Shown one piece after another: positions 8,297 through 17,877 of a stretch of DNA of 30,109 nucleotides (position 1 is the first letter of the stretch; the number at the start of each line of letters is the position of its first letter). The DNA comes from a bacterium. GTDB taxonomy: Bacteria; Ratteibacteria; UBA8468; B48-G9; JAFGKM01. The notes beneath the pieces were generated by a model. It did no database searches. It was not told where the DNA came from and saw only the letters and a program-made list of their open reading frames with translations. The DNA lies in the NCBI GenBank assembly GCA_035406305.1, contig DAONKS010000006.1:1-30109 (forward strand). The letters run 5' to 3'. A program made the translations under genes and the position numbers.

Positions 8297-10124
8297 TTCC
8301 AATCCTTTCCGTAAATGTACACCGCGGGTAATTACTGCATCCTAAAAAGATACCGTAACGTCCCTGTTTAACTATGAGCGGAACTTTACACCTTGGACAT
8401 ACTCTACCCTCTGCAACAACACGATTAAATATTTCATTATGCTCCGCTATTTTTCCTTTTGCTCTTTCCAGCATAATTTTATATCTGCCATAGAATTCCT
8501 GTAATATTTCTGTCCATTTTTTTTCACCTTCTGCAATTTTATCAAGGTCTTCTTCCATTTCTGCTGAAAAATCTATTTTTATTATTTCAGGGAAAAATTT
8601 TTCAAGTATTTCACACACTGCTCTTCCTATCTTCAACGGTATCAGTGTTTTTTTCTCTTTCTTTACATATCCCCGATTAAAAAGTATTGAAATAGTCGGG
8701 GCATAGGTGGAAGGTCTTCCAATTCCATTCTTTTCAAGTGTTTTTATTAAACTTGCCTCTGTATATCTTGGAGGAGGACTGGTTTGATGTTGCTCTTTGA
8801 AATACTCTTTAATATCCAGTATCTCATCTTTTTGAATATCTGCAATAGCATATTCTCCAGAATCAATCTTTATATCCCACAATTTTGTAAAGCCATCAAA
8901 AATAATCTCATTGCTTTCAGTAAAGAACCCATATTTTCCATTTCTGGCAAAAAGTTTTATATTTTTTATAATTGCCTCTTTCATCTGACTGGCAACAAAC
9001 CTCTTCCATATCAAATTGTACAGTTTATATTGCTGTTCATTCAAAAATGGCTTCATCTTTTCAGGTGTCCTTAACACAGAAGTGGGTCTTATTGATTCAT
9101 GTGCTTCCTGTGCTGATGCTTTTCCTTTATATGTATGAGGTCTTTCAGGAACATAGTCATATCCAAATGTTTCCTTTATATATTTCAACGTCTGGTCTCT
9201 TGCCGGTTTTGCTACAGAAGGAGAGTCGGTTCTCATATAAGTAATCAGCCCTATATCTCCTTCATCTGTTTTTATACCTTCATAAAGTTGCTGGGCTATC
9301 ACCATTGTCTTGGAAGCAGAAAAACCGAGTTTTATAGAAGCATCTTGCTGGAGAGTACTTGTAATAAAAGGAGGGTAGGGCTTAATTTTTTTCTCTTCCT
9401 CTTTTTTATCCACAACAACAAGTATTCCCTTTTTAAGGTCTTCAATTATGCTATTGACGATACCTTCATCTTTCAATCCGTACTTTTCTATCTTTTTTTC
9501 TTCTATTTCCACAAGAGTCATAAAAAACTCTTTTCCCTCTTTTACAATTTTTGCTTTTACAATCCAGTATATCTGTGGAACAAAGTTTTCAATTTCCCTT
9601 TCTCTTTCCACTATCAATTTCAGAGCCACTGACTGAACTCTACCCGCTGAAAGACCCTTTCCAAGGAATGGACTTAATGTATATCCAACAATCCTATCAA
9701 GTACTCTTCTTGCCTGTTGAGAATCCACAAGGTTAAGATGAATGGAGCGGGGAGATTTAAATGCCTTTCTGATGGCATCCGGTACAATTTCATGAAAGAC
9801 AACCCTTTTCACTTCGTCAGGATTTTTACCGATGATATGCGCTATATGCCAGGCAATGGCTTCTCCTTCTCTATCCTCATCTGTAGCAAGAAATATATCG
9901 TTATACTGTTCAGCGGATTTTTTAAGATTTGCTGCTATCTTTCTTTTTCCCGGGATAAGAACATATTTTGGTTTAAAATTATTTTCAATATCAACCCCCA
10001 TATCATTTTCAGGGAGGTCTCTGATATGCCCCATAGTTGCCATAATTTTATATTCCCTGCCCAGAATACTACCTATAGTTCTTGCTTTCGTCGGTGATTC
10101 AACTATAACCAGCCCTTTTTCCAC
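8259..10124 (-). CDS. topA: Type I DNA topoisomerase TopA with one C-terminal C4 zinc ribbon
   Basis: LVIVESPTK, GHIRDLP, ATDEDREGEAIAWH, SAGRVQS, ITYMRTDS (catalytic Tyr), GIGRPSTY and CPRC...GCSNYPRC. GTG start with GAGGTG SD. Confidence 0.97.
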   Translation of the reverse strand: MEKGLVIVESPTKARTIGSILGREYKIMATMGHIRDLPENDMGVDIENNFKPKYVLIPGKRKIAANLKKSAEQYNDIFLATDEDREGEAIAWHIAHIIGKNPDEVKRVVFHEIVPDAIRKAFKSPRSIHLNLVDSQQARRVLDRIVGYTLSPFLGKGLSAGRVQSVALKLIVEREREIENFVPQIYWIVKAKIVKEGKEFFMTLVEIEEKKIEKYGLKDEGIVNSIIEDLKKGILVVVDKKEEEKKIKPYPPFITSTLQQDASIKLGFSASKTMVIAQQLYEGIKTDEGDIGLITYMRTDSPSVAKPARDQTLKYIKETFGYDYVPERPHTYKGKASAQEAHESIRPTSVLRTPEKMKPFLNEQQYKLYNLIWKRFVASQMKEAIIKNIKLFARNGKYGFFTESNEIIFDGFTKLWDIKIDSGEYAIADIQKDEILDIKEYFKEQHQTSPPPRYTEASLIKTLEKNGIGRPSTYAPTISILFNRGYVKKEKKTLIPLKIGRAVCEILEKFFPEIIKIDFSAEMEEDLDKIAEGEKKWTEILQEFYGRYKIMLERAKGKIAEHNEIFNRVVAEGRVCPRCKVPLIVKQGRYGIFLGCSNYPRCTFTERIGNAYNPRNRPEKK

Positions 10125-10241
10125 AAAGCACCTCTTTTTTATTTTATCTTTATTATATTACTTTTTATCTTAACAATAAGCAAATGGTAACATCCCTTTA
10201 CGTTTCCAGCGTACGAATAAGACTTCTGGCTTGTTACTTTA

Positions 10242-10250
10242 TGTTATAAT
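10242..10250 (+). promoter_or_regulatory. Extended -10 promoter TG-T-TATAAT, 7 nt before murG GTG (leaderless-type)
   Basis: Sequence aTGtTATAATatcttttGTG; perfect -10 hexamer and no SD. Confidence 0.6.
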
Positions 10251-10257
10251 ATCTTTT

Positions 10258-11337
10258 GTGAATAAGAAAATTAAAAGAATAGCAATTGTAACAGGACCAA
10301 CAGGAGGACACTTTTTTCCGGGGCTCGCCATTGCTGAACAGTTAAGAGATAAAAATAATGTTGAAGTATCTCTCTTTGTTCCCGGGAGGAGTTATATTGT
10401 CCGGTGGCTACAGCAGAAAAAATTCTATTACAGGATTATCCCGGAAGTTAAAATTACTGCAAAAAGACCCTTTTCATTTTTCAAACTTATATATCTTATA
10501 TTTCATTCTTGTATCATACTTCTGAGAGAAAAATTTGATATAATTGTAATTACAGGAAGTTATACAACATTTCCTTTTTTATTAGCATCCTTTTTATGCA
10601 ACAAAAAAAGTTTTGTCCACGAACAAAACTTTATTCCTGGAAAGATTACGAAACTTTCAGGTTTTATTGCTGACAGAATAGCACTTTCATTTCCTTCTAC
10701 TTCTCTCCTGCATAAAAAGAAAGCAGTCATTACAGGTTTTCCTGTTCCCGAAGATTTTAAAAAGAGATACCAGAAAGGAGATGTCCTTACCCAGTTTAAT
10801 TTCACTGAAGAAGATAAAACCGTCCTTATTCTCGGGGGGAGCCAGGGAGCTACCTTTCTGAATAATCTCATTATTGGAAATATGGATTATTTAAGTAAAA
10901 AGAAACTTCAGTTTATCCATCTGGCGGGTAAAGATAAAGAAGTGTTAATTGAGAGGTACAGGAAATATGGAATACAAGCCCAGGTTTTTGATTTTTATTT
11001 TGATATGGCAAAGTTATACAGTATAACTGATATAATAATATGCAGAGCAGGGGCAGGGACAATTGCGGAAATCTGTGAATGGAAAATTCCCGCTATTGTT
11101 ATTCCGTATCCCTATGCAGGTGGTCATCAAAGATATAATGCCATTTACCTTGCAAAACAGGGTGGTTGTAATATGCTTGACCAGAATCCTGATAGCATAC
11201 AGTTATTTCCTGACGTTTTTGAGAAAACATTAAAAGAACTGGATACTATAAAACAGAACCTTGAAAAAATTTCAATTGTAGATAATTCCGGTAATAATGT
11301 AAATGCGATAATGGAGTTGTTAAAAAATGGAAAATAA
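10258..11337 (+). CDS. murG: MurG-like GT28 undecaprenyl-PP-MurNAc-pentapeptide GlcNAc transferase
   Basis: GPTGGHFFPG, HEQN, GGSQGA, RAGAGTIAE and HQRYNA; directly upstream of murC. Start moved to GTG 10258 (ORF track TTG 10231). Confidence 0.88.
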   Translation: MNKKIKRIAIVTGPTGGHFFPGLAIAEQLRDKNNVEVSLFVPGRSYIVRWLQQKKFYYRIIPEVKITAKRPFSFFKLIYLIFHSCIILLREKFDIIVITGSYTTFPFLLASFLCNKKSFVHEQNFIPGKITKLSGFIADRIALSFPSTSLLHKKKAVITGFPVPEDFKKRYQKGDVLTQFNFTEEDKTVLILGGSQGATFLNNLIIGNMDYLSKKKLQFIHLAGKDKEVLIERYRKYGIQAQVFDFYFDMAKLYSITDIIICRAGAGTIAEICEWKIPAIVIPYPYAGGHQRYNAIYLAKQGGCNMLDQNPDSIQLFPDVFEKTLKELDTIKQNLEKISIVDNSGNNVNAIMELLKNGK

Positions 11338-12739
11338 TATACTTGAAAAAGCAAAGAGAATACATCTTATAGGAATAGGTGGAACGGGAATGAGTGGACT
11401 TGCACAGTTGCTTCTATCTATGGACAAAAAAATATCCGGTTCTGACAATAATCCATCAATTGTTCTGGAAAAACTCAAAAAAAAGGGGATACAAATCTTT
11501 TGCCCGCAGAGAGAAGAAAATATATGTAAAGATATTGAACTGATTATCCATTCACATGCCATACTTCCTGATAATCCAGAATATAAACAAGCTATTGAAT
11601 ACAATATACCAGCTATAAGTTACCCTGAAGCAGTTGGCTGTGTTATGGAGAAAAAAAAGGGTATTGCTATCGCAGGAACACATGGTAAGACAACTACTTC
11701 ATCTTTAATTGTTTCTGTACTTAAAACAGCCGGATGTTCCCCTTCTTTCCTTATCGGGGGAGAAATACGAAATATAGGTAACTCTGAAGCGGGTAAAGGC
11801 GATTTGCTTGTAGTGGAAGCATGTGAATATAAGAGGTCTTTCCTTAACTACAGACCGGAGATAGGGGTTGTTACAGCAATAGAAGAAGACCATCTTGACT
11901 ATTACAGGGATATAGAGGAGATAAAAAGTGCTTTTAGAGATTTTATTAATAACATTAAGGGTCTGGTTATCTACTGTGCAGATGACAGAAATGTTCTTGA
12001 TGTTATCAAAACAGTAGATAAAAAAATCATGGTTTCTTATGGCCTTAACAGAGGAAAATGGAAGGCAAAAAATATAAAATTCTCAAAAAACACTTCAGAG
12101 TTTGAGTGCCTGTTTGAAGGAAAAAAGGAAGCGCTGATAAAAATCGGGCTTTCAGGTATTCATAACATCAAAAACGCACTTGCAGTTATTGCCTGCGCCC
12201 GATACTTAAATATTCCGTGGGAAGGTATAAAAGAAGGTCTGGAGAAATTTAATGGAGTTCACAGGAGATGCGAAATCCTTGGAAAGTCAGGAGGAATAAC
12301 TATAATTGATGACTATGGACATCATCCTACAGAGATAAAGTGTACACTAAAATGTATAAGAAATATGTTTCCTGACAACCGTCTTATAGTTGTCTTTCAA
12401 CCACATCAGTATAGTAGAACTCGTTTCCTCCTGAAAGAATTCGCTATGTCTTTTTCAGATGCAGATAAAGTAGTAGTACCGGATATCTATTTCGTAAGAG
12501 ATTCTATAATAGAGCAGAAACTGGTTAATGCAAGAATGCTTGTGGAAAAAATAAGGAAAAATGGAAAGGAAGCACTGTATCTTCCAACCTTTGATGAAAT
12601 TGTGGAATATCTATATGAAATAGTAAAAAAAGGTGACATTATACTTACGATAGGAGCAGGGCCTGTTGATAAAGTAGCCCATAGCTTGCTAAAAAAACTC
12701 AGAAAGAAATATGGGATAAAGAATGTTAAAAAAGTATAA
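11327..12739 (+). CDS. murC: UDP-N-acetylmuramate--L-alanine ligase MurC
   Basis: HLIGIGGTGMSGLA, AGTHGKTTTS, VEACEY, DHLDYY, DDYGHHPTEI and FQPHQYSRT. Confidence 0.96.
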   Translation: MENNILEKAKRIHLIGIGGTGMSGLAQLLLSMDKKISGSDNNPSIVLEKLKKKGIQIFCPQREENICKDIELIIHSHAILPDNPEYKQAIEYNIPAISYPEAVGCVMEKKKGIAIAGTHGKTTTSSLIVSVLKTAGCSPSFLIGGEIRNIGNSEAGKGDLLVVEACEYKRSFLNYRPEIGVVTAIEEDHLDYYRDIEEIKSAFRDFINNIKGLVIYCADDRNVLDVIKTVDKKIMVSYGLNRGKWKAKNIKFSKNTSEFECLFEGKKEALIKIGLSGIHNIKNALAVIACARYLNIPWEGIKEGLEKFNGVHRRCEILGKSGGITIIDDYGHHPTEIKCTLKCIRNMFPDNRLIVVFQPHQYSRTRFLLKEFAMSFSDADKVVVPDIYFVRDSIIEQKLVNARMLVEKIRKNGKEALYLPTFDEIVEYLYEIVKKGDIILTIGAGPVDKVAHSLLKKLRKKYGIKNVKKV

Positions 12740-13409
12740 GATTCTTACAAGGGAAGAAATAGCAAGGATTGAAAAGGAAACAGAAGAAACATACGGGATA
12801 AGCCGTCTAATCCTTATGGAGAATGCAGGAAGAACTCTTGCAGAGGTTATTAACAGTAGATTACGCAGGGTGATAGATAAAAAAATCTGCATAGTAGCAG
12901 GGAAGGGTAATAACGGCGGTGATGGTTTTGTGGCAACGAGATACCTTTTTAATATGGGAATGGACGTAAAAGTAGTTTATACCGACCCACCTGAAAAATT
13001 TTCCCGTTTGTCCTTTACAAACTATCAGATTTTGTGTAAAATGGGAATAGATAGATTTCTGTTTAAAAAAGACAGAAAGATTTTTAGAATTCTGAAAGAA
13101 GCAGATGTTATTGTAGATGCGATTTTCGGGACGGGAATACAGGGAAGTATTACAGGGATAGCAGCAGAGGTAGTACCACTTATAAATGAGAGTAAAAGAT
13201 TTGTTGTTTGTGCTGATATTCCATCGGGTCTGGATGCGGATACTGGAATTGTTCAGGGAGAATGTGTAAAGGGCAATATCACCGTAAGTTTTGGTTTTGC
13301 CAAAAAAGGATTTTATATAAATAGTGGCCCTGAATACTGTGGAAAGATAGTAGTTATAGATATAGGATTTCCACGTTTTTTTTACAAAGGAGAAGCAAAA
13401 AATGAATAA
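12723..13409 (+). CDS. nnrE: NAD(P)H-hydrate epimerase (YjeF_N / NnrE), standalone
   Basis: LMENAG, GKGNNGGDG, VDAIFGTG and DIPSGLDADTG. Only 228 aa, with no dehydratase domain. Confidence 0.92.
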   Translation: MLKKYKILTREEIARIEKETEETYGISRLILMENAGRTLAEVINSRLRRVIDKKICIVAGKGNNGGDGFVATRYLFNMGMDVKVVYTDPPEKFSRLSFTNYQILCKMGIDRFLFKKDRKIFRILKEADVIVDAIFGTGIQGSITGIAAEVVPLINESKRFVVCADIPSGLDADTGIVQGECVKGNITVSFGFAKKGFYINSGPEYCGKIVVIDIGFPRFFYKGEAKNE

Positions 13410-16026
13410 AATAAAAACAGGGCTTATCATACTCTTACTTAACTTCAGCATCGTGTTTTGTAAACCGGATATTGAGATAACAGAAGGACTAAAATCCGGA
13501 ACTTTTCAGAAAAAAGTTGAACTTATTAATAGAATTGAAAATTCCAGAAACAAGGTATATCTCCCTGAACTCGGAGAGGTAATAACCACCGATGAAAATG
13601 AAGAAATACGGAGCAGGGCAACACTTGCACTTCTGAATATAGGCGACTCCACCTGTATACCATATTTTAGAAATGCGCTTGGCGATAGTTACTGGCAGGT
13701 ACGACTTTATGGGATAAAAGGGCTGGTAAAATATGGAACAGGAGACGATATCATCCCTGACCTTAAACGTGCCATGAAAGATAGTTACTGGCAGGTAAGA
13801 TATTATGCTACTACTGGACTTGGTAAATATGGTGATGAAAGAATTCTCTCAGACCTTCTCGGGGCCTTACAGGATACAAATGAAATAGTGAAAGCAGAAG
13901 TCCTCTGGGCAATGCTGACATTGATGGGAAGAGACGAAGCAAGGGCAATGTTCAAGAAATTTCCTGAAGATAAAATTAGACCTGTGCTAAATACATTAAA
14001 AAGCACTAATCCTGAACTCAAAATACGGACTTTATGGTTACTTGAAGCCACAGGAGATAAAAGGGCAATTCCTTATTTCATAGAAATGCTATCCGATAAA
14101 AACGATGAAGTAAAGATACGGGCTCTCTGGGCAATTGAAAAGTTTAAAAGTGAAGATGGCGGCAGGGAAATAGAAGGGCTTCTTGTAGATGAACCCACGA
14201 AGATTAAAATAGAAGCCATCAAAACGCTTGTAAATCTCAAGATGACAGAGGGAACCGCAGGATTGATAAGAGGCCTTTCAGATAGAGATGAATCAGTAAG
14301 AATATATTCTCTATGGGCTCTTGAAAAATTCAGAGAACCTGCTTCCTATCCATATATTATAGAGCGCCTCGCAGATAATTCTGAAAGAGTAAGAGAATAT
14401 GCTGGAAGATTGATATTACAGCTAAGAGACCCACTTTTCTATTCTCCACTTGAAAGTTTTATAGAAGACGCCTCTAACCCTCTTGATGCAAGAGTCTCTG
14501 CCATTTCTTTCCTGGGTAAAATTGGCAACGAAACAGTAAAAGAGTTTATATTAAAACTGGTGGATAATCCTGAATCTGATATCAGATGCTCAGCAATCAG
14601 GGCATTTTATAATATTGACAGATTTGATACACAGTATCTTAAATTACTTGCGTATCTGGAAAATTATGACAGCTCATTGAATGTAAAAAAAGAAGCTGTA
14701 AATCTTACAGGTAATATCACCAGACAGATGCAGATAAAACTTACAAGTTCTGAAAAGAACGAACGCGAATTTATTCTGGAGAAGGTAGAAGCCCTGGCAG
14801 GAGCAAGTAGTCTACAGGTATTACTCCTTAATATGTCTTACTCAAAATATCCTGAAGTAAGAGAGAAGATGTTACTTATTGTAAAAGAAAACCCTGAAAA
14901 AATTTTCGGAGCAAAAGTAAGAACAATGTTATTAGACGAAAAGGATATTTCTATAAAGAAACTGGCAGCAATTGTTGCAGGTGAAATAAAAGACAGGGAA
15001 TCAATCCCCCTTTTAAAAACAGGCCTTAAACATTTTGACCCTGAATTTCAACTTATATGTGCCAGAGCACTTGCCAATATGGGAATATCTGATGGATTTC
15101 CTCTGGCGATAAGATATATGGACAGCAAAGAGCCAAACTATCAAAGAATATCTGCCGAAACCCTTGCTCTTTTAAAAGATAAAAAGGCATCCTCTGTTCT
15201 ATTAAGGCATCTCGCGGACTCAGAACTTGATGTTAAGGTGGCCAGCGCATGGGCACTTGCAAGGATGGGAGAGGAAAAAGGGCTGGATTTGCTTGTAAGG
15301 TTATCGGAAGAAAGCATTGAACCTATCAGAACATCTGCTAATAAATATCTTCTTGACAAGGAAATACCATTAACACTGAGAAGTAAGATACCATCTCTAA
15401 GAGAAAAATTGTACATTGAAAAACTGGGCATCAGAGAGGTTTCTCCAAAAAGATTGACCGCTACCTTTGCATCCTCATCTGTGGATATAGATGGGTTTAA
15501 CAAAGAAGGTTTCTGGTTATCTGCTGAAAAAGCAGATATGTTTATTGAACTGGAAGGAGAAAAAATCAAAACATCTGTTGCCACAACGGTAAGGGTCGCT
15601 TATGACACTGATAATCTTTATCTATTTTTCATCTGCGAAGACCCTGATGTTTCGAAAATTGATTTTAATTCAAGAGATATTATCACGGTTTCCATAAATC
15701 CCCTGAACTCAGCCAGGGAATGGTACCAGTTTGTAATGCATCCACTGGAACATATAAAATATTCCTATGTATGGAAACTTTATAAAGATGATGAGCCTGA
15801 AAGATTATGGTCATCAAACTGGAAAGTGAAAGCGAATATTGAAAGCAGGAGATGGCTTGTAGAAATGGCTATTCCACTTAAAGATTTGAAAGTAGAAAAA
15901 ATATTACCCGGGGATATCTGGAGTATAAATTTCCAGCGTGAATCACAGCACATCCCCGGTACTTCATGGAGCGGGAGAATAGATAATCCTGCGCAGTTTG
16001 GAATTCTTTATTTTAAGGAGCAATGA
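13402..16026 (+). CDS. Exported HEAT/PBS-lyase-like repeat protein with C-terminal CBM9-like (DOMON-like) sugar-binding domain
   Basis: Signal-like N-terminus; many ~31-32 aa repeats (D..WQVR..A..GL, D.N.EVKIRALWA). C-terminal ~195 aa contains IDG..EGFW, VRVAYDTDNLY, WLVEMAIPLKDL, WSINFQRE and WS...QFGILYF. Confidence 0.75.
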   Translation: MNKIKTGLIILLLNFSIVFCKPDIEITEGLKSGTFQKKVELINRIENSRNKVYLPELGEVITTDENEEIRSRATLALLNIGDSTCIPYFRNALGDSYWQVRLYGIKGLVKYGTGDDIIPDLKRAMKDSYWQVRYYATTGLGKYGDERILSDLLGALQDTNEIVKAEVLWAMLTLMGRDEARAMFKKFPEDKIRPVLNTLKSTNPELKIRTLWLLEATGDKRAIPYFIEMLSDKNDEVKIRALWAIEKFKSEDGGREIEGLLVDEPTKIKIEAIKTLVNLKMTEGTAGLIRGLSDRDESVRIYSLWALEKFREPASYPYIIERLADNSERVREYAGRLILQLRDPLFYSPLESFIEDASNPLDARVSAISFLGKIGNETVKEFILKLVDNPESDIRCSAIRAFYNIDRFDTQYLKLLAYLENYDSSLNVKKEAVNLTGNITRQMQIKLTSSEKNEREFILEKVEALAGASSLQVLLLNMSYSKYPEVREKMLLIVKENPEKIFGAKVRTMLLDEKDISIKKLAAIVAGEIKDRESIPLLKTGLKHFDPEFQLICARALANMGISDGFPLAIRYMDSKEPNYQRISAETLALLKDKKASSVLLRHLADSELDVKVASAWALARMGEEKGLDLLVRLSEESIEPIRTSANKYLLDKEIPLTLRSKIPSLREKLYIEKLGIREVSPKRLTATFASSSVDIDGFNKEGFWLSAEKADMFIELEGEKIKTSVATTVRVAYDTDNLYLFFICEDPDVSKIDFNSRDIITVSINPLNSAREWYQFVMHPLEHIKYSYVWKLYKDDEPERLWSSNWKVKANIESRRWLVEMAIPLKDLKVEKILPGDIWSINFQRESQHIPGTSWSGRIDNPAQFGILYFKEQ
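13684..13797 (+). repeat. Identical 18-bp direct repeat GATAGTTACTGGCAGGTA in adjacent HEAT repeats
   Basis: Copies at 13684-13701 and 13780-13797, 96 bp (32 codons) apart, both encoding DSYWQV. Confidence 0.9.
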
Positions 16027-16028
16027 GA

Positions 16029-17861
16029 ATGATTAAAAAACTTATATTATCGGTCGCTTTTATCTGTATTCTTACGGGTTATTGTTATTCCAGTGATTGG
16101 TTTGATAAGAACAAAGAACTGGTTGTTGTATTTCATAAAAATGTATGGCTATATATTGAGAATGCGAATAAAGCAGATAATTCAGGCAAATGGCAAGAAG
16201 CGGATTTGTGGCTTTCAAAGGCGGAAAAGAAGATAGAAGAAACAAGACCTTTTATCACAGGAAGCTGGCCTTCTGGCTGGCCCTATGATGTTAAAGCACT
16301 TGCTCTTCTCAAATATGCCACACCCGATGCTTATCTGTACAGGATTATAGGAGATTATGCTTATTCACATAAAAAAGTGAAGGAAGCACTTGATTATTAC
16401 AACAGATATATTGTTCACTCAATTATACCTGATATATCTTATATGGCTAAAGTAGCGGAGATATACGAAAAAGAGGGAATGCTTAAAGATGCCAGGATAA
16501 TGTACGAGAATATTTCCAGAGTTATAGATAGTAAAAACTTTCATGGTGTTTCATTCAGCAAAGAATATATTGCCAGAAAAATAAAAAATCTTGATATAAA
16601 GATGAAAAAAGTAGTTTTATTATCTCTTGATGTTTATTTCAGTAATATCCCGGATTTTATAAAGAGCGATTTTCAGAAACTTTTTATTGACGAGATAAAT
16701 AAGATGGAGAATTTTTCTATTATTTCTAAGAGGGATTTTGAAAAGGTCCTGTCAGAGGAAAAATTAACAGAGAGTGATTTACAGTATCCAGATGAGTTAT
16801 CCACTGTAGGAAAGATTCTCAACATTGATTATATATTAAGGCCATCTTTAACAAAGATAGACGAATATTATATCTTTCATGTAGATGTTTTTGACCCACA
16901 AAATAAATCATGGTTTGATAGTTATGAATATAAAACAGAATCTACTCTGTATCTTGCAAATCTTATTCAAAGGTTTACCTCACAGTTCAAGGGAGAAGAG
17001 ATATCAGACAGTCTCCTTCTTCCTGAAACAGAATTCCTGTGGGAATATGAAATTGATAGTATGGCTACAGACCTGAAACTTTCCAGCGATGGGAAGAGAA
17101 TGATAATTGGCTGTGAAAGCGGGAATGTTTATATCCTTACTTCAAAGGGAACCGTTCTGAGGCAGTTTAAAACATCTGAAAAAGTTTTAAAAGTAGCAAT
17201 TTCACCCTGCGGCGAATATTATGGCTGGGGTTCTCTTGATGGGAAGGTATATTTTGCAGATACGAAAGGTATAAGGTGGTCCGAAAAAACAGGAAATTAT
17301 ATAAGAGACATTGATATTGCACAGGCAGGAAGATTTATTGTCTTTGGAATTAACAATGAGATTATTTTCAAGGATATAAAAGGGGAAACATTCTGGAAAG
17401 AAAAATTACCGCAGTGGATAACAAGAATAAAAATTACAAATGATTCCCACAGGATATTTGCAGGAATGGAAAATGGAGAATACTGGTGTTTTTCAGATGA
17501 AGGGAATGTGTTATGGAAGAAAAATCTCAATAACAGAATTGTGGATATAAATGCTTTTGAAAATTATAATAGGGCGGTAACAGAACAGGGTAAAACATTT
17601 ATTATAGATAATGAGGGTAATGATGTATTCAATTTTGAATCAGGTAAAGAAGTCCAGTATGCTGCATCAGAACCAGAAATCATAAGATTGATGAGCGGTA
17701 AAAAGGGGAAGTATTTCTATTTCCTTTCTCACAATAAAAATCAGTTATGGAAATACGATATCAGAGAGAAAATTAACTTTATAGATGCCCTTGATGATGG
17801 AGGATTGATAATAAGTATAGAAGGTAAAAATATATTTGCGTTCAGAATAATCTGGAGATGA
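16029..17861 (+). CDS. Exported multidomain protein: TPR-like helices, CsgG/TolB-N-like alpha/beta domain, WD40/PQQ-like beta-propeller
   Basis: Signal peptide MIKKLILSVAFICILTGYCYS; TPR-like YRIIGDYAY..ALDYY; FSIISKRDFEKVLSEE...VGKILNIDYIL; ~40-aa blades (LSSDGK..IIG..SG.VY..T..G.VL). AAGGAG favours ATG 16029 over 16023. Confidence 0.6.
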   Translation: MIKKLILSVAFICILTGYCYSSDWFDKNKELVVVFHKNVWLYIENANKADNSGKWQEADLWLSKAEKKIEETRPFITGSWPSGWPYDVKALALLKYATPDAYLYRIIGDYAYSHKKVKEALDYYNRYIVHSIIPDISYMAKVAEIYEKEGMLKDARIMYENISRVIDSKNFHGVSFSKEYIARKIKNLDIKMKKVVLLSLDVYFSNIPDFIKSDFQKLFIDEINKMENFSIISKRDFEKVLSEEKLTESDLQYPDELSTVGKILNIDYILRPSLTKIDEYYIFHVDVFDPQNKSWFDSYEYKTESTLYLANLIQRFTSQFKGEEISDSLLLPETEFLWEYEIDSMATDLKLSSDGKRMIIGCESGNVYILTSKGTVLRQFKTSEKVLKVAISPCGEYYGWGSLDGKVYFADTKGIRWSEKTGNYIRDIDIAQAGRFIVFGINNEIIFKDIKGETFWKEKLPQWITRIKITNDSHRIFAGMENGEYWCFSDEGNVLWKKNLNNRIVDINAFENYNRAVTEQGKTFIIDNEGNDVFNFESGKEVQYAASEPEIIRLMSGKKGKYFYFLSHNKNQLWKYDIREKINFIDALDDGGLIISIEGKNIFAFRIIWR

Positions 17862-17877
17862 AAAAGGAGGAGCAGAA

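Noticed and set aside
10142-10174. AT-rich tract loosely resembling the heptamer units upstream of topA
   Set aside because: 7-bp phase is not maintained; better explained as an AT-rich promoter region (minus-strand TATAAT at 10152-10157).
12861-13451. 196-aa antisense ORF opposite nnrE, plus the many other 60-215 aa overlapping ORFs in the track
   Set aside because: All overlap well-supported genes and have F/I/S-rich shadow composition with no motifs.
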